Shown piece by piece: positions 12,698-24,500 of a stretch of DNA of 36,877 nucleotides. The translations under genes were made by a program, and so were the position numbers. Location: positions 1 to 36,877 of the forward strand of contig JASJQH010006931.1 in assembly GCA_040143965.1 (NCBI GenBank), written 5' to 3'. Every line of letters begins with the position of its first letter. The first letter of the stretch is position 1. The notes below the pieces were generated by a model that saw only the letters and a program-made list of their open reading frames with translations, was not told the DNA's origin and did not search any database. The DNA comes from Basidiobolus ranarum. Taxonomy: Eukaryota.

Positions 12698-13741
12698 TCA
12701 AAGTTTAGCTTGAAGCTGAGATGTAGGTTTAGGCGGAATTACATTATTACATATAAATTGAATAACAGGGGCCCAAAGGTTATTTCTAATTTCTTGGTAT
12801 CTGCCAAAGAAGAATCCCATATGGCCAACTGAATTCAAGCCTATATCTTGTGGTTTGAATCTCCAATGAACGACATCAGATCCAGTAAAGAATTCCAGCA
12901 AACTTGTGAATGCCTTCTCTGTAGCATAAGCATCATCAGTAAACGAAATACCCAAGATAGGCTTACGGAAACGATCGAATTTCTCTTTCCATTCAGGGTT
13001 TACATCGCAGAAATACCTGGGATGCTCCGACCAAGTAGACCATTCCTTCATAACTCCTATAGGTAAATCCTCCATTCCTCCATACTTTTTACCTGGAAAA
13101 TAACCATACCACCGCATAAGTAAAGGACTCATGTACTTCATCTGAAAGATACTCTTATATCCTGGACGATATCCGTAGTAAGCATTGTTCGAAGAAATGA
13201 AAATATTTCGAGTGACTAGGTGTCCATTAGGTGCTAGAGGAACCAAGTGTGCACCGACACTATGGCCAATATATGCTAACGGGAGTTCCGGATACGCTGA
13301 ATGCATATAATCGAGAATAGCAGGCAAGTCCAAAAATCCCCAATCCGTAATAGTTGCTTCAAAGTCGACGAGGGGGTGTTGCTTACTTCAGGAATAAATA
13401 GAGATAGTCAAACATAATTGGTGAGTATGGTTGTGTTCTTGCCTTTAACTTCTATTTGCAAAAACAAAGGCTTACTTGTTTTGTACACTAGAGGGAGGAA
13501 ATGAATCACCCACACCACGATAGTCGTAAGTGATAACTGCACATTTGAAACTAGTAGCCAAGTATTCGGCAAAAGGAGCGTAGAACTGTCGCAGTACTGC
13601 AGTGGCAGAGCTTATGACCACTGCTGTTTCAATAACCGGACGCTCACTTCCAGGCTCAATCTCAGGTGTAAATAGGGTAGCGTGCAAGGGGAAGCCGTCA
13701 ACAGCAGGTATAACAATGTCGAGGCCTTTCTTCGTATCCAT
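12698..13741 (-). CDS. Bacterial-type alpha/beta-fold serine hydrolase (COG4757-like), 317 aa, C-terminal PTS1 -AKL
   Basis: Exons 13741-13476 and 13385-12698. Motifs YDYRGVGDS, DWGFLDLPA, GHSVG nucleophile elbow, EDLPIGVMKEW, FTDD and GHMGFF. Ends CAA GCT AAA CTT TGA. Confidence 0.9.
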
Positions 13742-14381
13742 GACTATTTTTGATAGAGAAATGTAGCCAAGTCAACTATATATGGCTACCATCATGTTGT
13801 AAGGGGTGCATTGAAACATATTGGTCATCCTAAACTGGTTGATTGGTCAAGACAGAATGAGTGCATACAAGCATTATTAAGAATTCACATGAATAGCATA
13901 CAAATGTTACCAAGCATTATTAAGATTATTTGCGCGGTTATGAAATTAGTAAACTAGACCTAATTACCACTTACTAAACTACGAGATTTCTTCTCTGTGA
14001 TTCTAGTAAGATAAACAAATCTTTCACAAATCGAGAAAATCGGTTTTGGTGAAAAACTAGTAATCAGACCCAGTTATTCAGACCCAGTTATTGGCTACTA
14101 ATGACAGTAATGCTTTCGAATAGGTGTTTAGAAATATTTCTGATTCGAGATTGAAAGCTTGGATTGATTTTTTAATTCCAAGAGCGAGGCTTGGTGTATG
14201 TGAAAGCCTTCCCAATGTTGACAGATAATTCCAAAGATGGAATCCTACTTTGATGGAATTTCCTTGAACCGATTTGAAAAAAATCCCTCGAAAAAGTCGA
14301 AGATTAGAGTGGAGAAAAGATATATATTGGAGACAATTGCTACATCAGATTCTTTTCAATTATTTGGACTCATTGTTCAAT

Positions 14382-15021
14382 ATGAATCGCCTGTTGCTGA
14401 TCGTTTTAGGCTTTGCTTTGGCCTTCAATCTTGTTGCCGCTAACTTCGAAGTTGACTCACTTGACAAAAAAATCTCAGCAGGATCTACTTACATTATCAC
14501 TTGGTCAGTACATCAACATTCACTATAGACAATTTACCTCAACTAACGCGTGAGTTTCTAGGACGGAAACTGGTGGTACACCTGCTACTCCCGAACTTCT
14601 CAATATCAACCTTCTGTATGGACCATCAGCCAAACTCCAGCTAAAACAACCTATCATCCAAGGTATTCCTTCTAAACGGGGCAGGTATCCGTGGTGGATT
14701 TCATCCAAAATGAACCCTAGTTCTCAATATGTTATCGAAATTGGAAATGAAACATTTCATCAGTACAGTCATTACTTCACCATTACAAACCCAAATATGC
14801 CTAGTTTGAGTCCATATAATAGCTCAGCATCAGCCCCAACTTCCTCTTCATCTACCTCTGACGCTAAGGAAACTTCCGATAAAAAGAATCACCACGACAG
14901 TGATAACCAGAACAACAACACTACATCTGTCCAGAAATCCTCGGATAACAAGAGTAACGGTTTCTTGGTTAGCGCTGGATTCATCGGTGTTGTTGGTGTG
15001 ATTACATCTCTCTTCATGTAG
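14382..15021 (+). CDS. GPI-anchored Ser/Thr-rich cell-wall protein, Kre9/KNH-like N-terminal domain (copy B, 193 aa)
   Basis: Exons 14382-14503 and 14562-15021. Same intron position and architecture as copy A; open frame throughout. Confidence 0.87.
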
Positions 15022-15313
15022 AGGGCCTAAATATTCCAATTAGATGTTACATCTTCCTGTAAAAGATCTCATAATAAATATCCTCATTGATTATTCAGTA
15101 TAAGTCAATCTGAAGACGAACATCATTAACTGTCCCAATTCGGAACCTATCTTAAACTGTCTTTTTGCTTATCGTAGATAGTAGATAGTTAGAGTACGTA
15201 TGTAGCGCGTTTCGTTCGACCTGATTATGCCAATCCAAACATTTGATACATAATCCCAGCATTGCAGAAACACGTGCCTAAACACAACATTAGTTTCGCT
15301 TTTCTTAAGTCAG

Positions 15314-15320
15314 TATATAA
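15314..15320 (+). promoter_or_regulatory. TATA box of the small secreted protein gene
   Basis: TATATAA about 60 nt upstream of the ATG at 15379. Confidence 0.55.
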
Positions 15321-15378
15321 GGAGCTATGCGACTCATCTATCTAATAACTACACATTCCCATATAAAGACATATCAAT

Positions 15379-15651
15379 ATGAAATTCACACTCATCCTAG
15401 TCGCTTGCGTTTCTCTTTCTCAAGCTGGCCTTCTCAAAAGTATTGGTCTCGATGGAGAAGGTTCTATTGCTAATGGACACAGTGAGGTTGCAAACCAACG
15501 GGGTAATTCACCTATCACCCTGGACACCTCTAGACCAAATGTTGATACCAACGAAGATCAATCTCAAACAATTGATTGTGGTGAAGTGACCAATTTGGAC
15601 CTTCAGGTACTTGGGGTTCCTATAAAAGCTTGCGGATCTTCGGTAAATTAG
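15379..15651 (+). CDS. Small secreted protein (90 aa, 2 Cys in the mature part), possibly rodlin/chaplin-like
   Basis: Intronless ORF with signal peptide MKFTLILVACVSLSQA, an upstream TATA and a downstream AATAAA (about 15752). Confidence 0.8.
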   Translation: MKFTLILVACVSLSQAGLLKSIGLDGEGSIANGHSEVANQRGNSPITLDTSRPNVDTNEDQSQTIDCGEVTNLDLQVLGVPIKACGSSVN

Positions 15652-15819
15652 TTGACTTAATATGGTCTCGGATGACGGGTGACGGGTGACAACAATTACT
15701 ACCAAATTATATCCAAATGAATTCCCTATGTTTACCACTATTTTAGATACAAATAAATATTAACCAATCAATCATTTATTGATACTTCTTTTCAGGTAAA
15801 TATTGTTGCTATTTGGCCT

Positions 15820-18800
15820 TTATGAATATTTCTTTAGTTCTTTCAAGAAATCTTGAGTGGTCTCACTAGGTTCACGTGTTTTTTTCAACGTTTCCACGAT
15901 AATACGACGGAGTAATTTTGTCTCTCTAAGAAGCAAAAGAAGGTCAATGGAAAGAAAATTATCAAAAGAAACAATACTTATTTACTTTTGAGCTGCATGG
16001 ACTCCTAGTTGTTCGGTTAGTAATGCAAGGGCCTGGAAAAAGATACTTTGAATGACACTAAGATAATTAAGCCGTTAGTATGGTCTGCTCTTTACATTTT
16101 TCATAAGAATAATCTCACTTGAATTTTTCCACCCAATTGGTCTCGGTAAGATCCAACCTCCCTGGCTGACAATGCTCGATCAAGTTGACCAACATCAAAA
16201 GTGTGTCTCTAGATAGTCTGACCTCTGATTTACTTATACCTGTAGAGCTTTCATCCCCATTTTGCAATATTTCAATAACTTCATCAAGGTACTGGTTTAA
16301 TCTTGGATAAGCTACTTCCAAACATTGCTTCTTGAGTTCTCGAGAAAAGTCAAAATTGGAATAAATCTATGTACAGAGGTGTTAGTACCACCATCACTAT
16401 GAAGGTGACCAAATGACTAACCGAAATTAGATCAAGGCTGTTCATCATGTACTCATCAAACCGTTGGAGTTGCATTAAAGCATCCAAGTATAGTTTGGTA
16501 GCACCAGCTGATATAGTTCTTTGTCCGCGCATAGTGTGAACTAGTCTATCCGATAGTTTCTCTCCGCCTTGTACAACCATCTTTTGGATCTTACTATAAT
16601 GTTTGGAAATTTCTAATCAGATCAGTCAAATCCAACAATTTTATCATTCTACACTTACACTTCCAAGTTGAGCATATCCAATATTAGTTGTGGCTCTTTC
16701 ATCAACTTTCTTATGGCATTTTCTGGAGTAGGTAAACGAGTCCCATTTTCCGATGTGCGTGTGGATTGTTGAATATCCAATTTTTTAGCTCCGTCGATAT
16801 AAAACGTTTTCCCTTCCTCGCCAGTATCAGGGTCAAATATTGTCGGGTATAGTAATGTATGGGTCAATGAAACGAGGTCTAATAACTGACGATTCTCTAA
16901 GGCGTGATAGGTACACGCAAAGCGTAAACCCATCTCTAACGCCTTCAGACAGTCATTAGGCAAAATAACCTTGATAATTTCCTGAAATAGAGTAAGTCAA
17001 AAATTCCATATTTCCAGAAAATGTCTTTGAAATTTACTTCTAGGTCCTTTGAATTAAGGCATATGGATCCATTTTTCATAGCAGTGATTATAACTCTATA
17101 GTAGATTAACGGTTGTTGCCGGTTAGTTCAATATGGTCTAGATGTTGATGAATGGGAAAACATACTCTTCGTTATCCAATAAAGCCTTCCAATCTCCCTG
17201 CTTAACAAACTCTACAATATCTATTAGGGAATATAATCGCTTCAGTTCTCCATTTTCGTCCTACATACGATATTAATATGAATTAGCTTCAAATATTCAT
17301 TCATGATAGAAGGGCCCAATAAAGTAATTACAAGTAAGGAAATATTGGAGTATAAATGGGCTGGAACTCGGCTCGAAAAGATTCTCAAATCTTTTTGAAA
17401 TGCCTCGACTGCTTCCCTCTCTATTGGCTGCGAGATAGGATCGAAATCAGGAGCATATGAACCTTCCACAGATGAAGCAATAGACCAGGAAGATGGTTCA
17501 ATGGTTGGTGTTGGACTTAATATCTTTATCAATCTTCGAATTTCCTCATTGTTTCTACTGATGTGGATTTGCAATGTTGAATTACACCGATATTTGGTAA
17601 GAACGTAATCTTGCTTATATATGTAATATACCTGTCGCCTTCAGTTTTGTTGACAACCTCTAAAACAAGCTTCTGTGCATTTTCTAGGTCCCTCATATAG
17701 ACATTTTTCTCCACTTCATGTTCTATAGGATGCTCTTGCGGATTCACCCTAGGAAAAAGGATCAATAAATAGAAATGATATACCAAGTCAGGTGATTTTA
17801 CCTATGAGGGGTTGCGAGACTAAAGAGTTCCTCTTGGATTGAATGTAGGGCTAATTCGCCCATCATAGATAGAGAGTAGAAGGTGTTTTCATGGTGCAAT
17901 GAAGATATTACTAACCTTGGAGGGTTAATATCAATAATCATGGTAACTCTCAAATTACAAAATTACCTGAGATTACTGGACCACTAAATCCACGTCCATA
18001 CTCGCCGATCTTCTCCCCTGTGTCATCATTTCTATCGATCTCTTTACTCTCGCGAATCCCCCATAAACGCCAATTCCGATCTGACGAGCCGGTGGCTAGG
18101 ATATCAGCATGTGAACCTGACCAGGCCAACTATAGGATCCAAAGTTAATGGTGAGATGTTTATCACTTATCAAAAGAGTTCACTTGCCGACTCCACATGG
18201 TTGAAGTGAGCGTCAATTATCGATACTGGACCACTATTGAATCGAATGTCCCATAATTTGACCATATGATCATCTCCTTTACAACAGAATATTTCATAAG
18301 TTTCACATCAAAATGCAAATAAAGATGGTGCTGTGTACCTCCGCTAGCGATCCAGTAAGGAACAAATGGATTCCATTGAACCTCATTTATCACACTATCA
18401 TGTCCTTTCTGAGCTTTCCATACCTATTTCATTTGGTTTTAGGATTGTTTAGAGTAGTATAGTAAAGAACGATTGCCTACCATTGGCTTCCCATCCTTAC
18501 GCATATCGAGTACTGATACAGATTTATCTGCACTACCAACTGCGAGTAATGGTGCTGAATGGAGAGAAGGAGGTGCCCATGAAGCATCAAAAATGGTATC
18601 TCTGGCCACTTTATCTGACCTTATAGGGGTGCTGGTATTTTCGATATCCCAAAAATAAACTAATGGTCCTATGACATCCATGAACTTGTTGTCATCATTA
18701 AATTCCACTTTCCTAACTCTGGAGGTGCTTACGAAGTTTCCTACTGGGGATGCAGTTTTACTAATTCGATGCTTGTACTGAAGTTTGCAAGTCATCTTGA

Positions 18801-19390
18801 GTTCATCATTTTCTTCTTCCAAAGTAAATAGGTTAGTTAAGCCATGATTTCCACCCGAAAGTAGAGTATTATCTATCCAGGAAATGGTGTAAATTGGGGA
18901 AGGGGTTGTAAAACCACTTAAAATCTAGATTTCGTCGAGATGATCCCATTTTAATAAGCGAACTAATCTGGAACTTGTTCAAGCAGTCACTTACTTTAAA
19001 TTCAGGCTGTTCTTCTTTGGTGATATGCTCAACTATTACGAGGTTGTTTTCACCAGAACTATTGCCTACAGCAATCAACGGACGTTTCTAATTTTGTCGA
19101 GTACATATGGAACATTGAATTTTCATATAGCCATCAAGATATTTTCCAGTTTGAAAGAATACCTGGCATTCAGTTAGACAGGTTGCTCTTGGTTCACCAG
19201 GTACACGTGAAAGCGATACTTTAATATGTCTAAACGTGTATTGTCGATTGGTAAATTGGTTTTGATTAAGTGTTACGTTATTTTGATAAAATACTTACTT
19301 TCGTCCAACCTTATCGACTGAATTTCTCCACGCATCAAAACCAGAAGGGATTGGGACGTACCGTTGTTGAATATTTTCTAACACAGGCAT
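15820..19390 (-). CDS. WD40-repeat protein with a helical C-terminal region, multi-exon, ortholog not recognised
   Basis: ATG at 19390 (MPVLENIQQRY). WD repeats LAVGSADKSVSVLDMR, GHDSVINEVQWNPF...GDDHMVKLWDIR and LATGSSDRNWRLWG. Spliced last exon ends ELKKYS TAA at 15820-15822. Confidence 0.85.
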
Positions 19391-20081
19391 AGGTACTGTT
19401 GTGTTATTGAATTGTACTGGGTTAAGGGTATATTATCTAAATAACTATTGTGGCCTATTTCTATTCGAAATGTCTATACTGTGAATTCGAAAGAGAAAAC
19501 TATCCTTCAAGAAAATTTACTAACAGAAGGGAGATATTAGCTCAAAAGAATAAATGTTACTTCAACTCTATAATTATAATCTAGGAGGTATTAAGAATAT
19601 ATGCAAGTGTTCAAAGTTGTATTTAAAGGATATCACTATTGCTGTAACTTTAATGAATATCCTCAACGCCATGGTAAATGTAGGATATCAATATTAATTA
19701 GAGCATCGGTTGTATAGTTTGTCAAGGGGTTAGGCACTCCTGAAAGTAAAAAGGGAGCTGGCGAATGAATGCTTAGCACTTCTTGCGTGTATGCATATGT
19801 GTTATGCTCACTATCTAGTGTCTCTCAAAGCAATATATGCTATAGTTATTTTACCAAGGCTAGGCCTAGTAGTAGCATGGATTTATTGGGTTTAAAGCCT
19901 CTACGGAGAATATATTCTCAGGTAATCAATCTGCATAACATGTAAAGTCAATTCAACATTGTTATATATTCTTTATGGCGAGATATCTCTACATCAATAT
20001 ATTATCACATATTGTAGTTTGTATTTAACAACTCAAATAGTGATGCCTATACAATAATAACTGGTAATAAACGGAACAATT

Positions 20082-21388
20082 CTAGATACTCATGATTCGA
20101 ACTACCAAACCTACATGTACGTTTTGATTAGAGATTTTCGGGTTTAGATCAATGCAAATAGGTACCTACATTTGATGGTCTCTGAGTTTGTTACTCCCCA
20201 CATTTTACACCACTAAAGATACACAGGCAGAGAAAGCATTAGAGATACGATACTGGAAGATCTGTTTGTTGAGTTAACCTACTTCATGAAAAGATTGCGG
20301 ATTCTCAACATTCAGAGACCGGATGGCTAGATGTACACACGCAAGAGCGATATGAATAGGAGGATGGGAAAGCATGATGGGTGGAGTCCTTAGGCTGATG
20401 CAGAAAAGTCATTTAACTACTTAGTTTACCATGAAAACCATCAGAACCTCTAGCTTACCAATCGTGAACAAAAGCCCAAGCCAATTGAAACACCGCCTGT
20501 ATCATCGGATGGGAATCTATGTAGTGGTTGTCAATATCTGCACAAATCTCGGCATCAATGTTGAGGTAAACAAACCATTATGTAATAGTCGATCTACGTC
20601 GTTTTCAATCTCTACATCTTTCCAATAACACATTCCCTTTATGATCTTATTAATCCAGGGATATGGCAATTCCACATCCACCTCGAAACGTAGGATCCTA
20701 AGAACTATCAGCTCAGATGACAGTAAGGAATCCTTCATCTTCCAATATGCCTGTTTGCGATATGAGATTAGTAAGCTCTTAAAGAGACTACTTTGGAGCA
20801 TATTTACCTCACCAATACGTAGCGGAGATTCTGTCGGATGCAGTAGACTAAAATATATAAGAATAAATGATTACATTTTAAAAGGTATCTAGAAAATGTT
20901 TCTCCACTTACCGATACCCAACATTAATGATATCGCGTACCTTTCGAGAAACCTCCGTAGTTTTACAGGCCAAGTTAATGCAAGTGGTGACAAGTAACTA
21001 GACGTTGAAGGAAAACCAGGGAGATATTATTAGTTGAATAGCTTCATGCGTGTATTATTATTAAGGGGTAAAGTACGTAAACTTCTAAATCGTCGCATGT
21101 CTCATTCTCTTGTTCTAATTGTTTTGATTCTTGTCGTCCTTGAGAAGAAAGTTGACTTTGTGAATTCTTTACTCGATAATATAAAACAATAGCGGTGGCA
21201 ATAGTAGGTTGTGGGCTTGTACAAGTAAAAGCAATTAGAAAACGTAGATCTTAACATGGATAAGGAAATCTTTCTTACAGCTTAAGTTTTTCTCCAGCAA
21301 GAATTATATACTGATAAGGAGAGATACTCGAGTTTGAACTCTCAAATGGTCGTAAAGAGCTGTCTTTATGGTCTATCTGCTCACTCAT
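20082..21388 (-). CDS. CCNQ: Cyclin Q / cyclin M (FAM58)-like transcriptional cyclin, multi-exon
   Basis: Spliced text LAGEKLKLPQPTIATA...TCINLACKTTE...VRDIINVGY...LLHPTESPL...YWKMKDSLLSSELIVLRILRFEV matches the FAM58 pattern as I recall it. Last-exon frame is ambiguous (stop at 20082 or 20047). Confidence 0.75.
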
Positions 21389-21599
21389 GGTATGAAAGTC
21401 ACTGGTATCAAAAGTAATTATTCTTTTTCAAATATTAACGCTTTGTTGCAAATAATCAGAAATGAATTTCTAATATTCCATCAACAATTTGGTTGGAAAT
21501 TCTCAGAACTTGATTACTGTTTGAATGGCAAAAAATTGGATTTTCCTTTATATATATATACGTTTCAATAAACACCATATTTTCTATATTAGACAAAGC

Positions 21600-24500
21600 T
21601 TATTTCTTAGTCTTTTCTTTGGATATTAAGATTTTAACCAGTAACTGTAACCACCATTCTTGCTCTTCCGACAAGGGGGAGTTAGGTTTGTAGATACGTT
21701 GCGCAAGAATAAGGTCTAATTGATGTTGAATCCACTTGAATATGACTGCAGTTCGGGCAAAACATTTAAAATGAATCCAGCTGTTGACGGAGAGGAGTTG
21801 AATATCGTGCTAATGTCAAACAATGAGTGGAAGTTCTTTGAAATAGTGGAGCTACCATCAAAAATACCTTAATGTCCAATTTATCTCCGAAAAGCACAAC
21901 CGAATATTGATCTACAGCACTTGTTTCCCAAACAAATACTTTACTAGACTTCATCAACGTGTGATACACAAACCAGTTACTGGAATAAATGGGATCTGAG
22001 CCGCGAGGTCGATAGTTGATAGAGGAAGGATGCATAAACACGGAATCGTCATTAGGTCCGGTTGTGTATTGGCGAGTATCCGAATGGTAGCGAACGATGT
22101 TGGGATATAAACCAGCGGTTATTACGGCAGTTATCACCGAAACGTGGCCAGTATATGTGTTGAAGCTATCAGGGATTTGGCAGAATACGACGCGTTTGCT
22201 GTATCCGCTTCTAAAGAAATGTTAAACACATAACAACGAAGAGAGGATGCAACTTCAAACACAAACCGGGCTAGAGTTTGAGCCTTTTCTTCATCGAGCT
22301 GGACAAAACCAATGGATACTAGTAATCGAAGGAATTGATTCTTCATCTCCTCAATCATAGAAAGAGTTTGGTGATTAAGGAAGTATTTGTTGCAGAAAGA
22401 CATGATTGTTCCTGGTTTGTTCGTGAGTGCGTTTTTCCATGCACAATATGCGTTGTAAACAGTCATAAAATCAGAGTCATCTAAGAAAAACCATCAATAA
22501 ACATGGGCAAAATATCGATTTCACGTACGATGGCCTACCGCTTTTAAATGATTCCCTCGCAGCATCAGCCTCTGCAGCCTTATCGAACGGCCTATTAAAT
22601 GGACTTTTGAAACTCAATGAGGCAGCTATGGTAAGAATTGGATCAAGACATTTGAATATAGCTCCGTATAGTATCATTTTTCCAATGTGGACACTGACAG
22701 GTAGGTGCGAGAGATGGACACCTAGAGTGGTGAGCTCATTTGTCTCCGGGATTAAAGCACCGACCTAGATTGGACCATTAGCATATTGCCTCAGTTATAC
22801 CATAAGGCGTAGTCAACTGACCTCCTCTAGTACGCTAACGGCATTCAATATGGCCGTGTTTGAGGGTGGATCGATGGCCATTTGGAGGAATTCAACAATG
22901 TCACCAAATTCATAGATTTTTACTCTCAAACACAGCTCTTCAAGCGGCAATCTCATGATTTCTGGGGCCTGATAGTCAGACATCTAAAGCGCATTGTCAG
23001 CACATGAAGAACACTATGCCCATACCGTGATAGATGTACCTTGTTTTCGAAACGATTTCTAGTGAAAAGATGGTAGCAGAGACCCTCCTGAACTCTTCCG
23101 GCACGACCACGTCTTTGACGAGCATTAGCTTTGGCTACGAATTCCTCTTGTAAACTAGTGATTCGTCGCTTCTCATCGAATCTGTATTGCAAAGTATCAT
23201 CAGAAAATATAAGCCGATAGTTCTCAACAACGCCCACTTACTTAATAGCCTTAACCTTTCCAGTATCAATTACGATGGTTACATCAGGAATGGTGATACC
23301 TAATGCGCACAATAGAAGTAAGCAAAATGCCGGGAGAATGGACTCTACGAATACGCCTCAACTTACCTGTTTCAGCGATATTGGTTGAGATAACAATCTT
23401 CCTAATCGGGGCCGGGGGAACATCAAAGACAGCTTGCTGATTATCAGACGAAATGGTGGAATGTAACGGCCAAATGATGAATTGCGAAGTATCTGAGAAT
23501 TTGTGATCGGCCATCAGCTGATCATACAGTTTCCGAATCTCAGGCATACCAGGGAGAAAGATCAAGATGGCACCGCTGGGTATTTCGGTTTCTTGCTTCT
23601 CAAAACACAATCGATTCAGCAGCAAAATGATCAGTTCATAATTAATCTTGTAAGGGTCGATTCGCCGGAGAACATTCTTAGTGGTGGTGGAGTAGGGAGT
23701 AGCCTCCGAATCTAGATTCAAATCATCGTATAGATCGTCACTCTCCAGAATATCCCCGGGCTCTTCTTCCCACTGGAGCCGGATTGTCTGCTGAGATCCA
23801 TGCTTTCCAGCGACGGTAATCGTACCTTCATCTACAATGGCATTAGTATGTGTGGGCTTATGTAGTATGAAATAAGAAGTCTAACCATGTCGTATCTTCT
23901 GTATTTTGCGAGCATATTCGGATTCCTCTTCCAGCATGTAATCTACACAAAAACCATTAGTAAACAAAACAAGGGAGTAGCCTGAATGCCTGCCTCATAC
24001 CAGTCTCCTCAATAGCATCCTCTAAGAATTTGACGCTTACGGGAAACGTTCTTCCTGGGACCTCAATTATTGGGCAGTTGGAAAAGTATTGAGAGAACCG
24101 AGGGGTATTCATAGTAGCGCTCATTAAAATAACTCTACAAGAACAATGTTAGTCAAACCAACAGTGTATGAACAATCTGTGAAATAAAACCCACTTCAAA
24201 TCGGGACGAATGCTTAATAGCTTTTTGAGAACAATCAACAAGAAGTCAGCTTCGAGGGTACGCTCTTGTACCTCATCGATTACGATATGCGAAATACCAT
24301 CCAGGTTACGATCACTTTCAAGACGTCGGAGTAGAATTCCGGTTGTACAGAATACAAGCATGTTGGCATCCGAGACTTTGGATCCGAGCCTGATTTGGTA
24401 TCCAACATAACCATCCTTGGTACCCAATAGGTTCTTGCTATCCCCCAGTTCGTAGGACACTCTCTGGGCGATAGAGATGGCAGAGATACGTCTGGGTTGC

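Larger units (their letters stand above)
9719..15045. repeat. Tandem segmental duplication: unit A about 9719-12325, unit B about 12331-15045
   Basis: gatcattttttatatacgctaac occurs at about 9721 and 12333. Paralogous hydrolase and GPI genes lie in the same order and orientation. An 80-bp block is identical at 10991-11070 and 13746-13825. Confidence 0.93.

Noticed and set aside
9719-15045. Transposon- or LTR-mediated structure
   Set aside because: No transposase or RT ORF, terminal repeats or target-site duplication; a simple tandem duplication explains it.
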